From Eledone cirrhosa (Eukaryota), in assembly GCA_964016885.1 (NCBI GenBank), contig OZ024741.1, forward strand, positions 143,778,001 through 143,842,000: 64,000 nucleotides of DNA, in the 5' to 3' direction. The position numbers were made by a program, and so were the translations under genes. Below the pieces are notes generated by a model that worked only from the letters and a program-made list of their open reading frames with translations, was not told the DNA's origin and ran no database searches. Within the stretch, counting starts at the first letter, position 1, and each line of letters starts with the position of its first letter. Below, piece by piece: positions 26,020 to 39,540 of this stretch.

Positions 26020-26101
26020 ATCTCTCGGACAGATTATCCCTAATCTGTTTCGCCCTGAGTGTGTTTGTAACAGATAATCCTGGGCTTCATCAGCGAGAGA
26101 T
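26020..26101 (-). ncRNA. Complete type I hammerhead ribozyme with GUC cleavage site
   Basis: ATCTCTCG-CTGATGA-A-GCCC(26 nt)GGGC-GAAA-CAGATTA(GGGA)TAATCTG-TC-CGAGAGAT. All three stems are Watson-Crick and the core is intact. Confidence 0.9.
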
Positions 26102-26214
26102 TGCAATTAAATGTCACAAACACTATTTGCCAACGTTCACACAGAAAGATGAATTTATCACCTCGTGCGCCGCCAGTCAAACGTGGTAAGCGCGTATTGA
26201 ACAGAAATAACAGT

Positions 26215-26286
<72 letters not shown>

Positions 26287-26822
26287 TAAAAATTCTTAGA
26301 AGTATATTTACAGAGTCCACTTGAAAGTTACGCTAAAGGTGTACACGTGATTGGAATACTCAGCCGCCTTGCACGTTAATTCATTGACTGGGTTGTTCAG
26401 TTGAGGGAACATCTAGACCAAAGGTTCTCAACGGCCGGCGTTTCGGAGCTCCAAGGGGGGGGGGGGGCGTTTCGGAGCAAGGGGCGCGCGGGGAGGGGGG
26501 GGGGGGGTCTGGAGGCTATTTACTTAGGCAAGTTTTATAAGCCATATTTGTACGTCTCTGAGACAGCCAGTGTGAGTGCATTTGAATGAAGAAAACGAAG
26601 AAAATAAATAAAAGAAGCTTGTCAACGAATCCCCCTAGGGAGATAAAAGAAAAACGAAAGAAATCAAAGAAAAGGAAAATAAGGACAACGTCAACTTTGA
26701 CAACAGTTACAAGAACAACAGAAACGACAAGAAAAAAAAACGATGGTGATGAAAGGTGTGGGTGTATACATATACATACATACAATCATACACACACATG
26801 CATACGTACATACATACATACA

Positions 26823-26854
<32 letters not shown>

Positions 26855-27068
26855 CACACACAGGCCGGCGTTGGTGTTTGATGAGGTTGAGAACCTGGTC
26901 AGCTTTCAACCAGAGCTGTGGTATTTAATCTCCGTAAGTAATAAAATCTGGAGACAACATTCTCTCCTTACCCCCCCCCCCCCACCCCTAAAAAAGAAAA
27001 CATAAATCATGTCAACATCCTTACACACTTAAATATAAATGCATGTATATATACAAATGTATAAATAC

Positions 27069-27955
27069 ATAAACGGAAAAAATGAAACGAAATTTCATTT
27101 CCCACTCTTAGTACGGCTGTTACTTAAATATAAGTATGTACACGTACATACATATATGTATACAGACGTACAGTAGTATGTATATATATACATACATGCA
27201 CACATATATATATATATGTACGTATGGATTCACCGAACATTTATTATAATGCTCGGTGTGTTTGTAAACAAACATCCCGTATTAAGCCGTAGTGTCTAGC
27301 AACCATCGTTGCTCGTTTGTTCAACACTGACAAAGGAACGCTGTACTAGTTTCAAGCTTATTAGCTTTCGTCAGCAACGTATACCTTCCTGCCAGATTGT
27401 TGAACGTATATAATTACCTTATGCATATTAACGGCTGAGTAGCCCAATTTGCATATCGAGTGGGTTAATCGGCCGGGGTACCGAAAACGATAAACGGAAA
27501 AAATGAAACGAAATTTAATTTCCCACTCTTAGTACGGCTGTTACTTAAATATAAGTATGTACACGTACATACATATATGTATACAGACGTACAGTACTAT
27601 GTATATATATACATACATGCACACATATATATATGTACGTATGGATTCACCGAACATTTATTATAATGCTCGGTGTGTTTGTAAACAAACATCCCGTATT
27701 AAGCCGTAGTGTCCAGCAACCATCGTTGCTCGTTTGTTCAGCGTTCCTTTGTCAGTGTTGAACAAACGAGCAATGATGGTTGCTGGACACTACGGCTTAA
27801 TACGGGATGTTTGTTTACAAACACACCGAGCATTATAATAAATGTTCGGTGAATCCATACGTACATATATATATATATGTGTGCATGTATGTATATATAT
27901 ATACATACTACTGTACGTCTGTATACATATATGTATGTACGTGTACATACTTATA
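27069..27955. mobile_element. Penelope-type terminal repeat: copy, partial tandem copy and inverted copy
   Basis: 27069-27490, 27491-27740 and inverted ~27741-27955; further copies at 16619-16930 and 33322-33640. Confidence 0.8.
27338..27380 (-). ncRNA. Minimal type I hammerhead ribozyme with palindromic stem III
   Basis: ACGTTG-CTGACGA-AAGCT(AATA)AGCTT-GAAA-CTAG-TA-CAGCGT. Confidence 0.85.
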
Positions 27956-28007
27956 TAAATACATAGCTATATACATAGGTAAATGTATGTATGTATATAT
28001 ATATTAT

Positions 28008-28060
<53 letters not shown>

Positions 28061-28321
28061 CTTTTTTCAGTCTGGTCTACCTCTGGTGGTAGGGTCCGTA
28101 CCGTAGATAGGACTCAATGTACTATTGTAAAATTCATAGAGAAGTTCTATGTTTCGCTGAATTAATTCTTTAGATACAGAGTCAGATATTAGGTATTAAA
28201 TTAACAATAAAAATAAAAACAACAAAATAAAAACAAAGTTATAAAGTAACTTGACTTTCTTATTTTTATTTTCATTGTTAACTTGATAACACACACACAC
28301 GCATATATATATATATATATA

Positions 28322-28445
28322 TGCGCAGTGTGACAAGAAGCTTGCTTCCCAACCACATGTTTCCGGGTTCAGTCCCACTGCCCGAGCCAACCAAAGCCCT
28401 GTGAGTGGCTTTGATAGACCGAAACTAAAAGAAGCGCGTCGTATA
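28322..28445 (+). mobile_element. Second tRNA-derived SINE family, deleted copy
   Basis: AAGAAGCTTGCTTCCCAACCACATG..GGGTTCAGTCCCACTG..AAAGAAGCGCGTCGTATAT. Older related SINE fragments near 13270-13640, 37480-37680, 38940-39245, 43560-44230 and 49200-49740. Confidence 0.7.
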
Positions 28446-28469
28446 TATGCATATATATGTCTGTGTGTG

Positions 28470-31400
28470 GGGGCATAGGGGGTTTGGACAGGGGTATTAC
28501 CCTTGATGGTTGACAGCTGCACCCTAACTGGCCCCCACCCATCCCCTAAATCTCTCACGTGTGGCTCCAAGCGCCATGCCCCGGCACACCGCTTCAGCTG
28601 GTGGACTGAACCACGTGAGGGGGTGGTGTTGACACGGCACCACTAGGCGTATGAGCTTGTAGTGACCTACATTCCGCGGGCTCACATACATTCTCTGTGC
28701 GTGATTTGGCTCAGTTCAGCCAATCAGCGCCAGTAGAAGAGGATGTATCCCTACGCGCCCTGAGGAAGAAATTCCCCGCGAAGATTTGAAGAATCTCTCT
28801 CTTGTACCAGAAACTTCAAGCCAGCAACACGCATAATGTAACAGTGAGATATTGCACCCTAGCCTCGCCGGCTTAACGGCGCAATGGCACATTCCCTTTT
28901 GTAACCGCTTTTTATCTGTAACTTCAACCATATAAATAAACAAACATTTCATCTCTAATTACTGCTGTTGAAATCATTGTTATGTTACTCGTGTCTCAAT
29001 AACATCTATAATCCATGCTGCTGGAATTGGCGACCTGACGAAAGGAATATTGTAAATAGATGGTAAATAGATCGAGGGACCTTCCCTCACGTCTATGTCA
29101 ACAAGATAATCCAACGAGGATACTATCACTTACCACACTGGCAACTAACGACCTTCAATCATCTACCCTGTTAAAGTAACGACCACTGATTCTACCACCC
29201 TGCTAAAGTGGCGACTACAATAATAACTAATACTGTTAAAAGCTTCAACAAGGAAGCCACTGGTTAAAGCAGAAGGAAATCCTCCCTCGGCACCGGTCCA
29301 GGACTGAAGGCGACCCACACCATATTCCATGGCCATCTGTTTGCAGTTCTACCAGAGACTACTCCACTTACTGTCTCTTTACTAAATGTCAGTGGTTGGG
29401 CTTCAGGTTAGCGACCTGTTCCCGGTAAAACTCTCCTGCTACGAAAACAATTCATAGTGCATCAGATTCAAATTCCAAGCAGTCAGGAGAACGGTTGTCT
29501 CTAACCGGAGATTGTGTGACGTGTGTCGGCAAAGGTCTCAATGAGGAAGCCGACATCCTGAGGACCAGAATTCTGTCTGCAAAAACAACCACACGTATTG
29601 GATATTGGAACATAAGAACTATGTACCAACCATCCAAACTTGCGCAAGTTATCGGAGAAATCGAGGCCTACAAAATTAACATCCTGGGCCTCAGCGAGGT
29701 CCGCTGGACTGACTCTGGGAAGTTTGTCCATGAAAACAAGACCATCCTGTTCTCGGGCCGTCAGAACGGGACCCACCGAGATGAAGTTGCAATCATCATG
29801 GACAGGGCTGCCAGTAGTGCCCTTGAGGAGTGGACTCCTATCAACGAACGCCTAATGACAGCAAGATTCACCACATCACATGCAAAGGTCACCATAGCTC
29901 AGTGCTATGCTCCAACCAACGAACATAACGACGATGACAAGGACGCTTTCTACCAGCAACTACAAGATGTTGTCAACAAAACCCCACGTCATGACATCCC
30001 GATCATCATGGGAGACATGAACGCACAGATCGAGGGAAGCAGGGTTGGCTTTGAACATGTCCTTGGCCCCCATGCTTATGGAAACCGCACGGACAACGGG
30101 GACAGGTTTGTCCAGTTCTGTTCCATGAACAATATGAAAATCGGCTCGTCACTATTTGACCACAAGAACATCCACAAGGTCACATGGGCTTCGAACGACC
30201 ACAGGACCAAGACGCAAATAGACCACATTGCAATTGGCCCAAGTTGGAGAACTCCTTACCTGCAGGACGTCCGAGTCTACCGAGGCGCAGATGTCTGCAG
30301 TGACCTCTATCTATCTGTTACCAAACTTAAAATCAGACTGAGGAAGCAGAAGAAGAAAGCATCCACTACAAGGCGTTTTGACACTACCAAGCTGAAGAAC
30401 GGTTACACAGAAGCACAGTTCGAGGCTGCTTTGAGGAACAGATTTGCTGTCCTTGAGGAGTCTGCGCCAGGCTCGGTCAATTGGTGGGAGGAAATGAAGA
30501 AGACCATGGAAGCTGCAGGGGAAGAAATCCTGGGCTACAGGAAGTCCCTCAGAGAAGCTTGGGTCAGCGACAACACCTGGCAGCTGATTAATGAAAGGAA
30601 AGCCCTACACCAGCAGAGGCATGCCACTACCCCAGAGGCCATCAAAGTTTATCAGCAGTATGTTGAGAAGGACAAGGAGGTGAAACGCAGCGCCCAAAAG
30701 GACAAACGAATGTGGCTTGAGAGTAAGGCAGAGGAGGCACAAGCAGCTGCGGCACGCAATGACATGCGCTCTGTGTACCAAATTGCCAAGAAAATCACCG
30801 GCAGCTCTAGAGCTAATTCAGGCCCGGTGGAAGCGAAAGATGGGCTGAACATTTCAAGGAAGTCCTCAACCGAGCGGAGCCACGTATGCCAGCAGACACT
30901 AAGGAACCTACTAGTTTGTTACCTATCAATACTGATGACTTCACCGAGAAGGAAGTCCGCATGGCCATCAAAACCCTTAAGAATAACAAGTCACCAGGTA
31001 TGGATGGCATTTCTGCTGAAATGCTGAAGTCAGGAGGCGATAGCATGGTCAAGTGGATGGGCCACTTATGTAATCTTGTGTGGAACACGGGTGAAGTCCC
31101 AGAAGACTGGAGAAACGGAGCGGTTGTGTATCCCCAAGAAGGGCAACCTTGCCGATTGTGACAACTGGAGGGGAGTGACACTTCTCTCCATACCGGGGAA
31201 GGTCTATTGTCTGGTGATCCTGAACCGCATACGTGGCATGGTAGACCGGGGACTGCGAGAACAACAGGCAGGGTTCCGACCAAAACGTTCCTGTGCAGAG
31301 CAGATCTTTACGCTACACCGCATCATTGAGAGGTACAACGAATTCAAGAGGCCCCTCGCCATCAGTTTCATCGATTTCTCCAAAGCATTCGATAGCATTC

Positions 31401-32082
31401 ATCGACCGTCACTCTGGAGCATCATGCATGAGTATGGTCTGCCCCAGAAAGTCATTTCGGCAATCAAACAGATTTACGCAAACTCCAAGTGCTGCATACG
31501 GACAGAGGATGGTTACAGTGACTGGTTTGAGGTGGTTACTGGCGTGCGTCAAGGTTGCTCGCTCTCTCCAATTCTCTTTGCCATAGCCATTGACTGGGTA
31601 CTAAGAAGAGCGTCTAAAGACCAGGGTATATCTTGGGTGGGAGAGCAAAAGTTGTCTGACCTGGACTTTGCGGACGATATTGCTGCACTTGCAGAGAGCA
31701 CAGCTGACCTGCAAATCATTGTGAACAATATCAATGTCGAAGCAGGAAGCTTAGGTCTCAATATCAGTGCCAAGAAGACCAAAAGTATGTTATCTGGGAC
31801 ACACCCATCACCAACTAGTGTCTTCATTGAACAGGGGGAGGTGGAGATAGTGGACAACTTCACCTACCTAGGAAGCTCCATTAACAATGAGGGCACCATG
31901 GACAGTGAACTGCAATGTAGAATGGGAAAGGCTTCAGCAGCATTTAACCAGCTTGACAAGATCTGGAAGAGCAGGAAGTTCACCCTCAAAACAAAGATGA
32001 GATTCTATAACAGCAACATGCTGTCCACACTCTTGTACGGAAGTGAAACATGGCACCTTAAGACCAGCCAAGAGAAGAAGTT
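28470..32082 (+). mobile_element. Decayed RTE-clade LINE (APE plus RT), frameshifted and 3'-truncated
   Basis: GYWNIRTM, LSEVRW, QCYAPT, GDMNA, IDHIA; then IDFSKAFDS, GVRQGCSLSP, DFADD, YGSETW across three frames (29495, 30886, 31076). Confidence 0.92.
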
Positions 32083-32220
32083 GATAATAAATTTAAAATG
32101 ATTTGATTGAAATAAAAAGACACGCCGAAATTATTTCTACATAAAAAAATTATATCAAAAATTTTAATGTTTTGGTATATCATTAAGGTGGAATTTATTA
32201 TAAAAGGTTGGGAACCGCTG
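32081..32220. mobile_element. Right end of a hAT/Charlie-like MITE
   Basis: AAAAGGTTGGGAACCGCTG terminus followed by the typical target ATCTAGAC. Confidence 0.65.
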
Positions 32221-32242
32221 ATCTAGACGATCATGCGTGAGA

Positions 32243-32387
<145 letters not shown>

Positions 32388-32972
32388 TGTGTGTGTGTGT
32401 GTGTGCGAGTGGGTGCACTTATCCATTTTTTTATGTATATGTATATTTATAGCTGTAACAAAACTTGCAATCATATAATCATCTCTATACGTATATGTGT
32501 GAATATGTAAATGTATGTACGTGTGTATGTTTCTGTGAGTGTGGTTATATGCGCGTGCAGTATGCATTAATTACATCAAACACGCTCTATTAGCCCTTAG
32601 CTCCTGGTGTTATTGTAGCGGCGCCATCATCTTTTCAGGTCTGAATACAGTAGATTTCTTCTAGTGAAAGAGAATGAGTAACGGTGATAGGAAGTGAGAA
32701 GGAGGTATAGAGGTGGGGGTGCAATTGACCTTTATACTGTACTGGTTCTTTATTTATTGACCTCGAAAGGATGAAAAGCAAAGCTGACCTGCGCGAGATT
32801 TGAATTCTAGAGTTGGAATGATGCTCCAACGTATTTTTTCAGGTGTTCTAACACTACTCTGCCAGTTCGCCGAGACTTTAAAAGACAAGACAGCCACATC
32901 AGGAATTCTTCTTATCATAGGTCTGATTGATCAGGTTCGAAATGGACTTAACAATAAGAACATTCAACTCAC

Positions 32973-33076
32973 CATTGTCCGGCCTTAAAAGACACATCCT
33001 TGTTCCAGTCTGCGAGTAATTTAATTCCTTTTACTGTCGGGGACAACTCCCAAATTTCTATAATTTGAGTTCGACG
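32973..33076 (-). CDS. OXNAD1: OXNAD1-like oxidoreductase, internal coding exon A (RRTQIIEIWELSPTVKGIKLLADWNKDVSFKAGQ-W)
   Basis: Poly-T/AG acceptor, TG|GTGAGT donor, 104 nt (phase 0 to 2). SPTVK...SFKAGQW matches the start of the OXNAD1 FAD-binding domain and splices in frame to the next exon. Confidence 0.85.
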
Positions 33077-33153
33077 CTTAAAAAAAAAGTTTGATACAAG
33101 GGAAAAAAAACTGCGTTTTAATTCATATAAATCCTGGGTTTCTCCCCTGGAAC

Positions 33154-33245
<92 letters not shown>

Positions 33246-33993
33246 CAAAGAATGAGAAATAAAATAGTTTAAGGGGACGAACGTGATGGAATTGGAAAAA
33301 ATGTCTTTATATATATATATATATAAACGGAAAAAATGAAACGAAATTCATTTCCCACTCTTAGTACGGCTGTTACTTAAATATAAGCATGTACACGTAC
33401 ATACATATATGTATACAGACGTACAGTAGTATGTATATATATATATACATACATGCACACATATATATATGTACGTATGGATTCACCGAACATTTATTAT
33501 AATGCTCGGTGTATTTGTAAACAAACATCCCGTATTAAGCCGTAGTGTCCAGCAACCATCGCTGCTCGTTTGTGTGGCAACAATCTGGCTTGTAGTGATG
33601 GTTGCAGGACACTACGGCTTAATACGGGATGTTTGTTTGGCAACAATCTGGCTTGTAGTGGGTCTCTTCTTGCTTACATCTCACACACATCGGACGGTCT
33701 GTACCTCTCTCGCTCATGAAATCCACCCAGCTTATGCTGACCGGACAACCATGTTGCTTGCTTATTTTCCTATCTTCGGTTTGCTTTTATCCTTCTATGT
33801 TGTTTACTTGTCCCCCTCGCTTTACGCGAATTACTGGTCCCAATAACTTTTTTTAGTTATTGCTCGCACCAACCTGAGGTATCTGATTTTTAATGCGATG
33901 AAATACCAATGATGGTTGGAAAATCACTGACGAAGGACTATTTTTATCATATGTAACCCATGTGCAAACCACACAGTATTCTTCTTTCTTCTC

Positions 33994-34052
<59 letters not shown>

Positions 34053-34058
<6 letters not shown>

Positions 34059-34560
34059 AAAAAAGTTCATTATTTAACGATCGTTTCTAGGATATATATG
34101 TGTTAGAATTGGCATGCATATTCAACAGATCTATGTACAAAATTATACAAAATTATACAAACTATCAAAATTAAATATACATACCAACACATATATATGC
34201 CGTCTTCAGAAATAATCTGAAGACGGCATATATATGTGTTGGTATGTATATTTAATTTTGATAGTTTGTATAATTTTGTATAATTTTGTACATAGATCTG
34301 TTGAATATGCATGCCAATTCTAACACATATATATCCTAGAAATGATCGTTAAATAATGAACTTTTTTTGTTTAATATAAGGAACTGTTTCATTGTTTTAT
34401 TCATTATTTTTTTAATATTTTATCTTGACTCTGTATTCCGTTTATCTTTCACCGAAAGTGATTTTTCATTGTATCTCTTCTTTCCATGATATCCGGATTA
34501 CATTGAGTTCTTCATACGGATTGGACACTACCGTAAACTCTTGGTAGATTTATCTACATA
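34053..34560. mobile_element. Foldback of a hammerhead-like terminal repeat (arms ~34053-34209 and 34217-34372)
   Basis: Near-perfect inversion; same family as 55735-55950 and 61136-61485. Confidence 0.85.
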
Positions 34561-35185
34561 TATATATATAAAGACATTTTTTCCAATTCCATCCCGTCCG
34601 TCCGTCCCCTTAAACTATTTTATTTCTCATTCTTTCTTCTAAGTGGGAGCATCACTGCGACAATTCTCTTTATACATAAAAAAAACAACATATATAACAA
34701 AAAAGTACATTACTAGAAATCTCATACGTTATAAAATAATTATGATGAGTTGGGGGCCTCAATATGTAAACTAAATGACTAATTCTGGTTTGTAAACATA
34801 TCAAAAATCAACGGAGACAGCCAAAAAAATTAACAAAACCCCGCACTTATTCTACTCACTCCTATTATTTCGAACCCTAGAGTATATATATATACACATA
34901 TATATATACACCAGGTGGTGTTAATACGTTAGACATGGCCTGGGCCTATACTGGCCGAAACCTATCTCTGTCTCTCTCTCTCTCTATATATATATATATG
35001 TTTTGCAAGGTTTTTGATATGAAATCGTGTGTCGGAAAAAATATTGTTATACTTGGGGAGGGTCATATTGTAATAATATTGCCAGAAATAATAACAGAAC
35101 ACACTCACTGTGAGTGTGTTCTGTGATTAACCATACCCACAATTATTTCTGGCAATATTATAACAATATGACCCTCCCCAAGTAT

Positions 35186-35237
<52 letters not shown>

Positions 35238-35481
35238 GATATTAATAAATGGAAACTATATTTATAAAACCATATTTATTTCATTATACATATTTCAGGG
35301 ATACCAAATTAAAATATGGTATGCCTTCATCAGACAAAATACAATATATAAACAGTTTTATAAATAATTTTGACGTACCCTATTAAATGCAACCATTATT
35401 TTGGGAAGCTGTCTGGATAGTGCTTTATATCAGTTATAAAATATTTACTTGTTGTATCCCAACGATTTTAAATAGAACTTT

Positions 35482-35540
<59 letters not shown>

Positions 35541-36313
35541 GATAACAAGTTAACGTTATAGGTAATCCAGTTAGAGGTTGTGAGTACCCTGCGTCGTGGA
35601 TAGTTTTAACTTTAGTTTTAACGTGGATAGTTTGACTCAACAAGATGCTTCCATAGTTAAGCAGCGAGTTCGCGGTAATTTCTATGCAGGTTATACTTGG
35701 AATAATAATAGTTAAGGAATGAAGAGTAGCATGGTTGGCTGTACAATAAGGGGCTTTATTTAAAGTACTGACAATTGTTTCGTTGATCTGATGAGTCTAG
35801 AGTTCGCTAATCGCTTGAGGTTATATAGTCTTGCCTCAAGTGAATTACTTTCATATCTATGTACGCTGATGTGTTGACTAGAGGTAAATAATGTATTGGA
35901 GATCGAATGACGCAACCTCAAGTGTATCCCGGGTTCAATAGGGTGTAACCACAGTAAGTAAGGTACTCAATAATACATAGCAGAGTATAAATATTTAATA
36001 TAGAAATGACTTCTACAGGACTAGAGTTGTTTCATTCGGGAGAATGATGATTTCTCCCGAATGAAACAGTTCTATCCTGTAGAAGCCATTTTCTCCCCCC
36101 CCCTCTCTCTCTCTCTATATATATATATTTATATTTAATTACATAATAAACAACACAATATAATTATTCCATTATCAAAGGTTTCAAGAAACTAGACGTT
36201 CCTTACAGAAACGCCCAGTAATGGAATAATTATATTGTTGTTTATTACATAATTAAATAGCTCTGTATTATACATAGAGCACTCTTCTTTCCTTTACCTT
36301 GTGGAAATACTTA

Positions 36314-36345
<32 letters not shown>

Positions 36346-36555
36346 TTAGAGAAATGACTTCTACAGGACTAGAAAAGTTTCATTTGTATGAAATCATCAG
36401 AAATGCCCATTCCTGGTGGTTTCATATGAATAAAACAGTTCTAACCTGTCGAAGTCATTTCTATATATAATAAAGATGCCTACACTCTACCAACGTATTG
36501 AGTACCGCTCTCACTTTCAACTGTAGTTAGCCCCCGACACAACTCTCGAGAATTT

Positions 36556-36662
<107 letters not shown>

Positions 36663-37900
36663 AGACAGAACGATGAAGTTAAGTAGCTTGACAGAAAGCT
36701 ATATTACGGCTAGGTTGTTAGCTAATATCTTTCTATGTGAAAAAAAAAAGAAGAGAAAAGAATAGAAAAGAATGACGTTGAGTGTTGTGAAGTATTCCAT
36801 TGTATGTTGATGAGAAGTTCTTCGTTGAAGAAACGTGTGAGTTATTCTAGCCATTGTGTTATGGGCCTCAAGTTTAGTGATAATAAAGACACTCAGTCAT
36901 ATTATTATGACAATTTGGAGTTAAGTGTATAATTAAGGTAGTTTGAAAGTATTCCAAGCGGAACCAGCAACTGGGTCATCTATTTATGTGAGTTACAGTA
37001 ATGATGACAATGAGATGACGGTAGGGAGAGATGTCCATCTGGGATAGTTGCATTCTCAAATTTCTAATGAAACACACTATCTATGACTTTCAAATCATTT
37101 TGAAAATTAACAAGAATTTGGAAGGATTTAGTAATATAACAATCTTTCTCATTATTTGGCTGGTGCTTACATAACATTATGATAGAAGGCTTTTAGATAT
37201 ATATAAACACTTAAACTCCTTCTTTACAATATTTCTAATGAAAGACACTGCCTATTGTTTTCAAATGGATTTGTAATTTAACCAGAATTTGAAGGGATAT
37301 AGTAATATAACTAACTCTCTCATTATTAGACTGGTGTTTGGGACACCACATATAAAATTATGATGGAAGGTTTTTAGATGACTATAAACACTTAAAAACA
37401 ATAGCTTTGTATCGTAGAACCAAGGACTGTTCCAGGCGGTTTGGTATCAAAAGTGTCATTGTGATGATGAGGTGCAAGTGGCCAGGCATTCCACTGACAC
37501 GTGATTCTTAACATAGTTCTCAGGGAGATTCATCATGATAGTGGGTGGCACAGCTGCCAGCTGAGTTGAATGGAGCCACGTAAAGTAAAGTGTCTCGCTC
37601 ACGAACACAACACACTACCGTGGATTAAACTCACGACCTTCCGATCGTGAGCCAAACGTCCTAACCACAAAGCCATGTGCTCTATTGTGACGATAAGGTG
37701 GTGATATACTAGTTAAAATGGGGCAGGCAAGGGAAATATGATATAATCTGTAGTGACTGGTGTGTCAGTACTATTGCTGACCACTGCAAGGTTGTGGAGT
37801 CATGAGGGATCCTTTGCATTGTCGCTCAACCTGCTAGAAATAGCTACTAAACCCTCCTCAGATTACACCCTATGCGCCTATATTAGGACAGGACACATTA

Positions 37901-38068
37901 AATAATTGTTTCTACTTTTTGGCACAAGGCCAGCAATTATCCCAGTGTATTACTGGTACTTTATTTTATCGACCCCGTAAGGATGAAAGGCAAAGTCAAC
38001 CTCCGCGGGATTTGAACTCAGTCCGTAAAGGGACGTAACTGTGCTGCAAAGCATGGCGTCCGACCCTA
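37901..38068 (-). mobile_element. tRNA-derived SINE
   Basis: Family core and tail. Confidence 0.9.
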
Positions 38069-38192
38069 TAATGTAGTCCTATATACCATACAAAAAGACA
38101 GGATGGCCGTGGCTAGAAACTCTTTGGTCGTAGGTTTGCTTGGAAAGGGCTGATCCACTGCTAAACAACAACTACTATGGCCACCTACAAAG

Positions 38193-38385
38193 GGCGGGGG
38201 ATTGGCAGTATCGGTAGAGAGTCGGACACCATGCTGTGAAGCATAGAGTTACGTCCTTTTATGATCTGGGTTCAAATCCCGCCGAGGTTGACTTTGTCTT
38301 TCATCCTTACAGGGTCGATAAAATAAAGTACCAGTAATGTACTGGGTAATTGCTGGCCTTGTGCCAAAAGTAGAAACAACTATTA
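38193..38385 (+). mobile_element. tRNA-derived SINE with TSD
   Basis: Flanked by CCACCTAYAAAG; head-to-head with the previous copy. Confidence 0.92.
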
Positions 38386-39269
38386 CCACCTATAAAGGTG
38401 AAGGAGATGAACTGGAGTGAAATAATTACAAAACTATTGTAACCACAAATATCGTGTTTTCATGCAAAGTGCTTCACTATAAATAAATCCCACTCTACCT
38501 AACAATGTTTTTTATCTGCAGAAAGTCAAACAGGTGTTAAACCAATTATATGATAAGGAAGAGGAGGAAACAGAAGAAGGGAGGAGGAAGAAGATCGGAA
38601 GAGATGAGGAAAAAGAGAAGAGGTAGAAAGGAGAGGAGAAAGAATGGTAGAGGAACAAGAGTGGAAGAGGAAGAACAAAGGAAGAGAAAGAAGAGCAGAA
38701 GAGGAATATGAGGGGGTGATGCATGAGGAAAAGGCGTGTATGCTACACAACTACAGTATCTATTTTTCTACATGTCTCATCAAAAGAAATCTATAATATA
38801 AATACTTACAAATTTTGATTTGTTTGTTGCCATGGCTTCTTAAAATATCTAAAAGAAAAATGTAAATGGTAAATAAATAAATAAATGCAATTATATTCGG
38901 GGATTTTTTTTGTTTTTTTTGGAGAGGTATATTTAGTATTGTGAAGGTACGTGGCTTTGTGGTTAGAGAGTTCAACTCAAGATCGTTAGGTCAAGAGTTC
39001 GATTTCTGGCGGCGTGATGTCTTTAAGCAAGGCGCTTTATTTCACGTTGCTCCGATCCAGTCAACTGGTAAAATTGAATTGTGCCTGGAATTCAAAGGGC
39101 CAACCTTGTCAAATTCTGTGCCAGGCTGAATCTCCTGGAGAACTACGTCTGTGGAATGCTCAGCCACTTACACATTATTTTCACAAGCAGGTTGTTTTGT
39201 TCGAACAGTTGGAAAATTCGTCGTCGAAATTGATGGATGTCCAACAACGTATGTATGTATGTATTTATA

Positions 39270-39476
39270 TCTGGAGATCTCTCTGCACTTGTCGTCACAT
39301 GGTACCATGGACCCAGCACTATGTGTCTATAATTGTCACAAGTGTAGTGTTTGTACCAGAGTTTTCAAGTCGCTGGCTGGACTAAAAAGTCACACTCGTC
39401 CAGCGCATCGGTAGGGATTCTCCTACATGGATATAAAGTAGTGGCCGTACTCGAAAACGAGTTGGCAGCCACCATG
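39270..39476 (+). mobile_element. Short RTE 3' fragment (C2H2 finger and 3' hairpin)
   Basis: CSVCTRVFKSLAGLKSH; end GGCCGTACTCGAAAACGAG..GGCAGCCA is shared with the next element. Confidence 0.75.
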
Positions 39477-39540
39477 TATGTATGTATGTATGTATGTATG
39501 TATGTATGTATGTATGTATGTATGTATGTATGTATGTATG

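Noticed and set aside
28061-28190. Possible plus-strand exon after ttttcAG
   Set aside because: No recognisable product, no partner exons, early stops.
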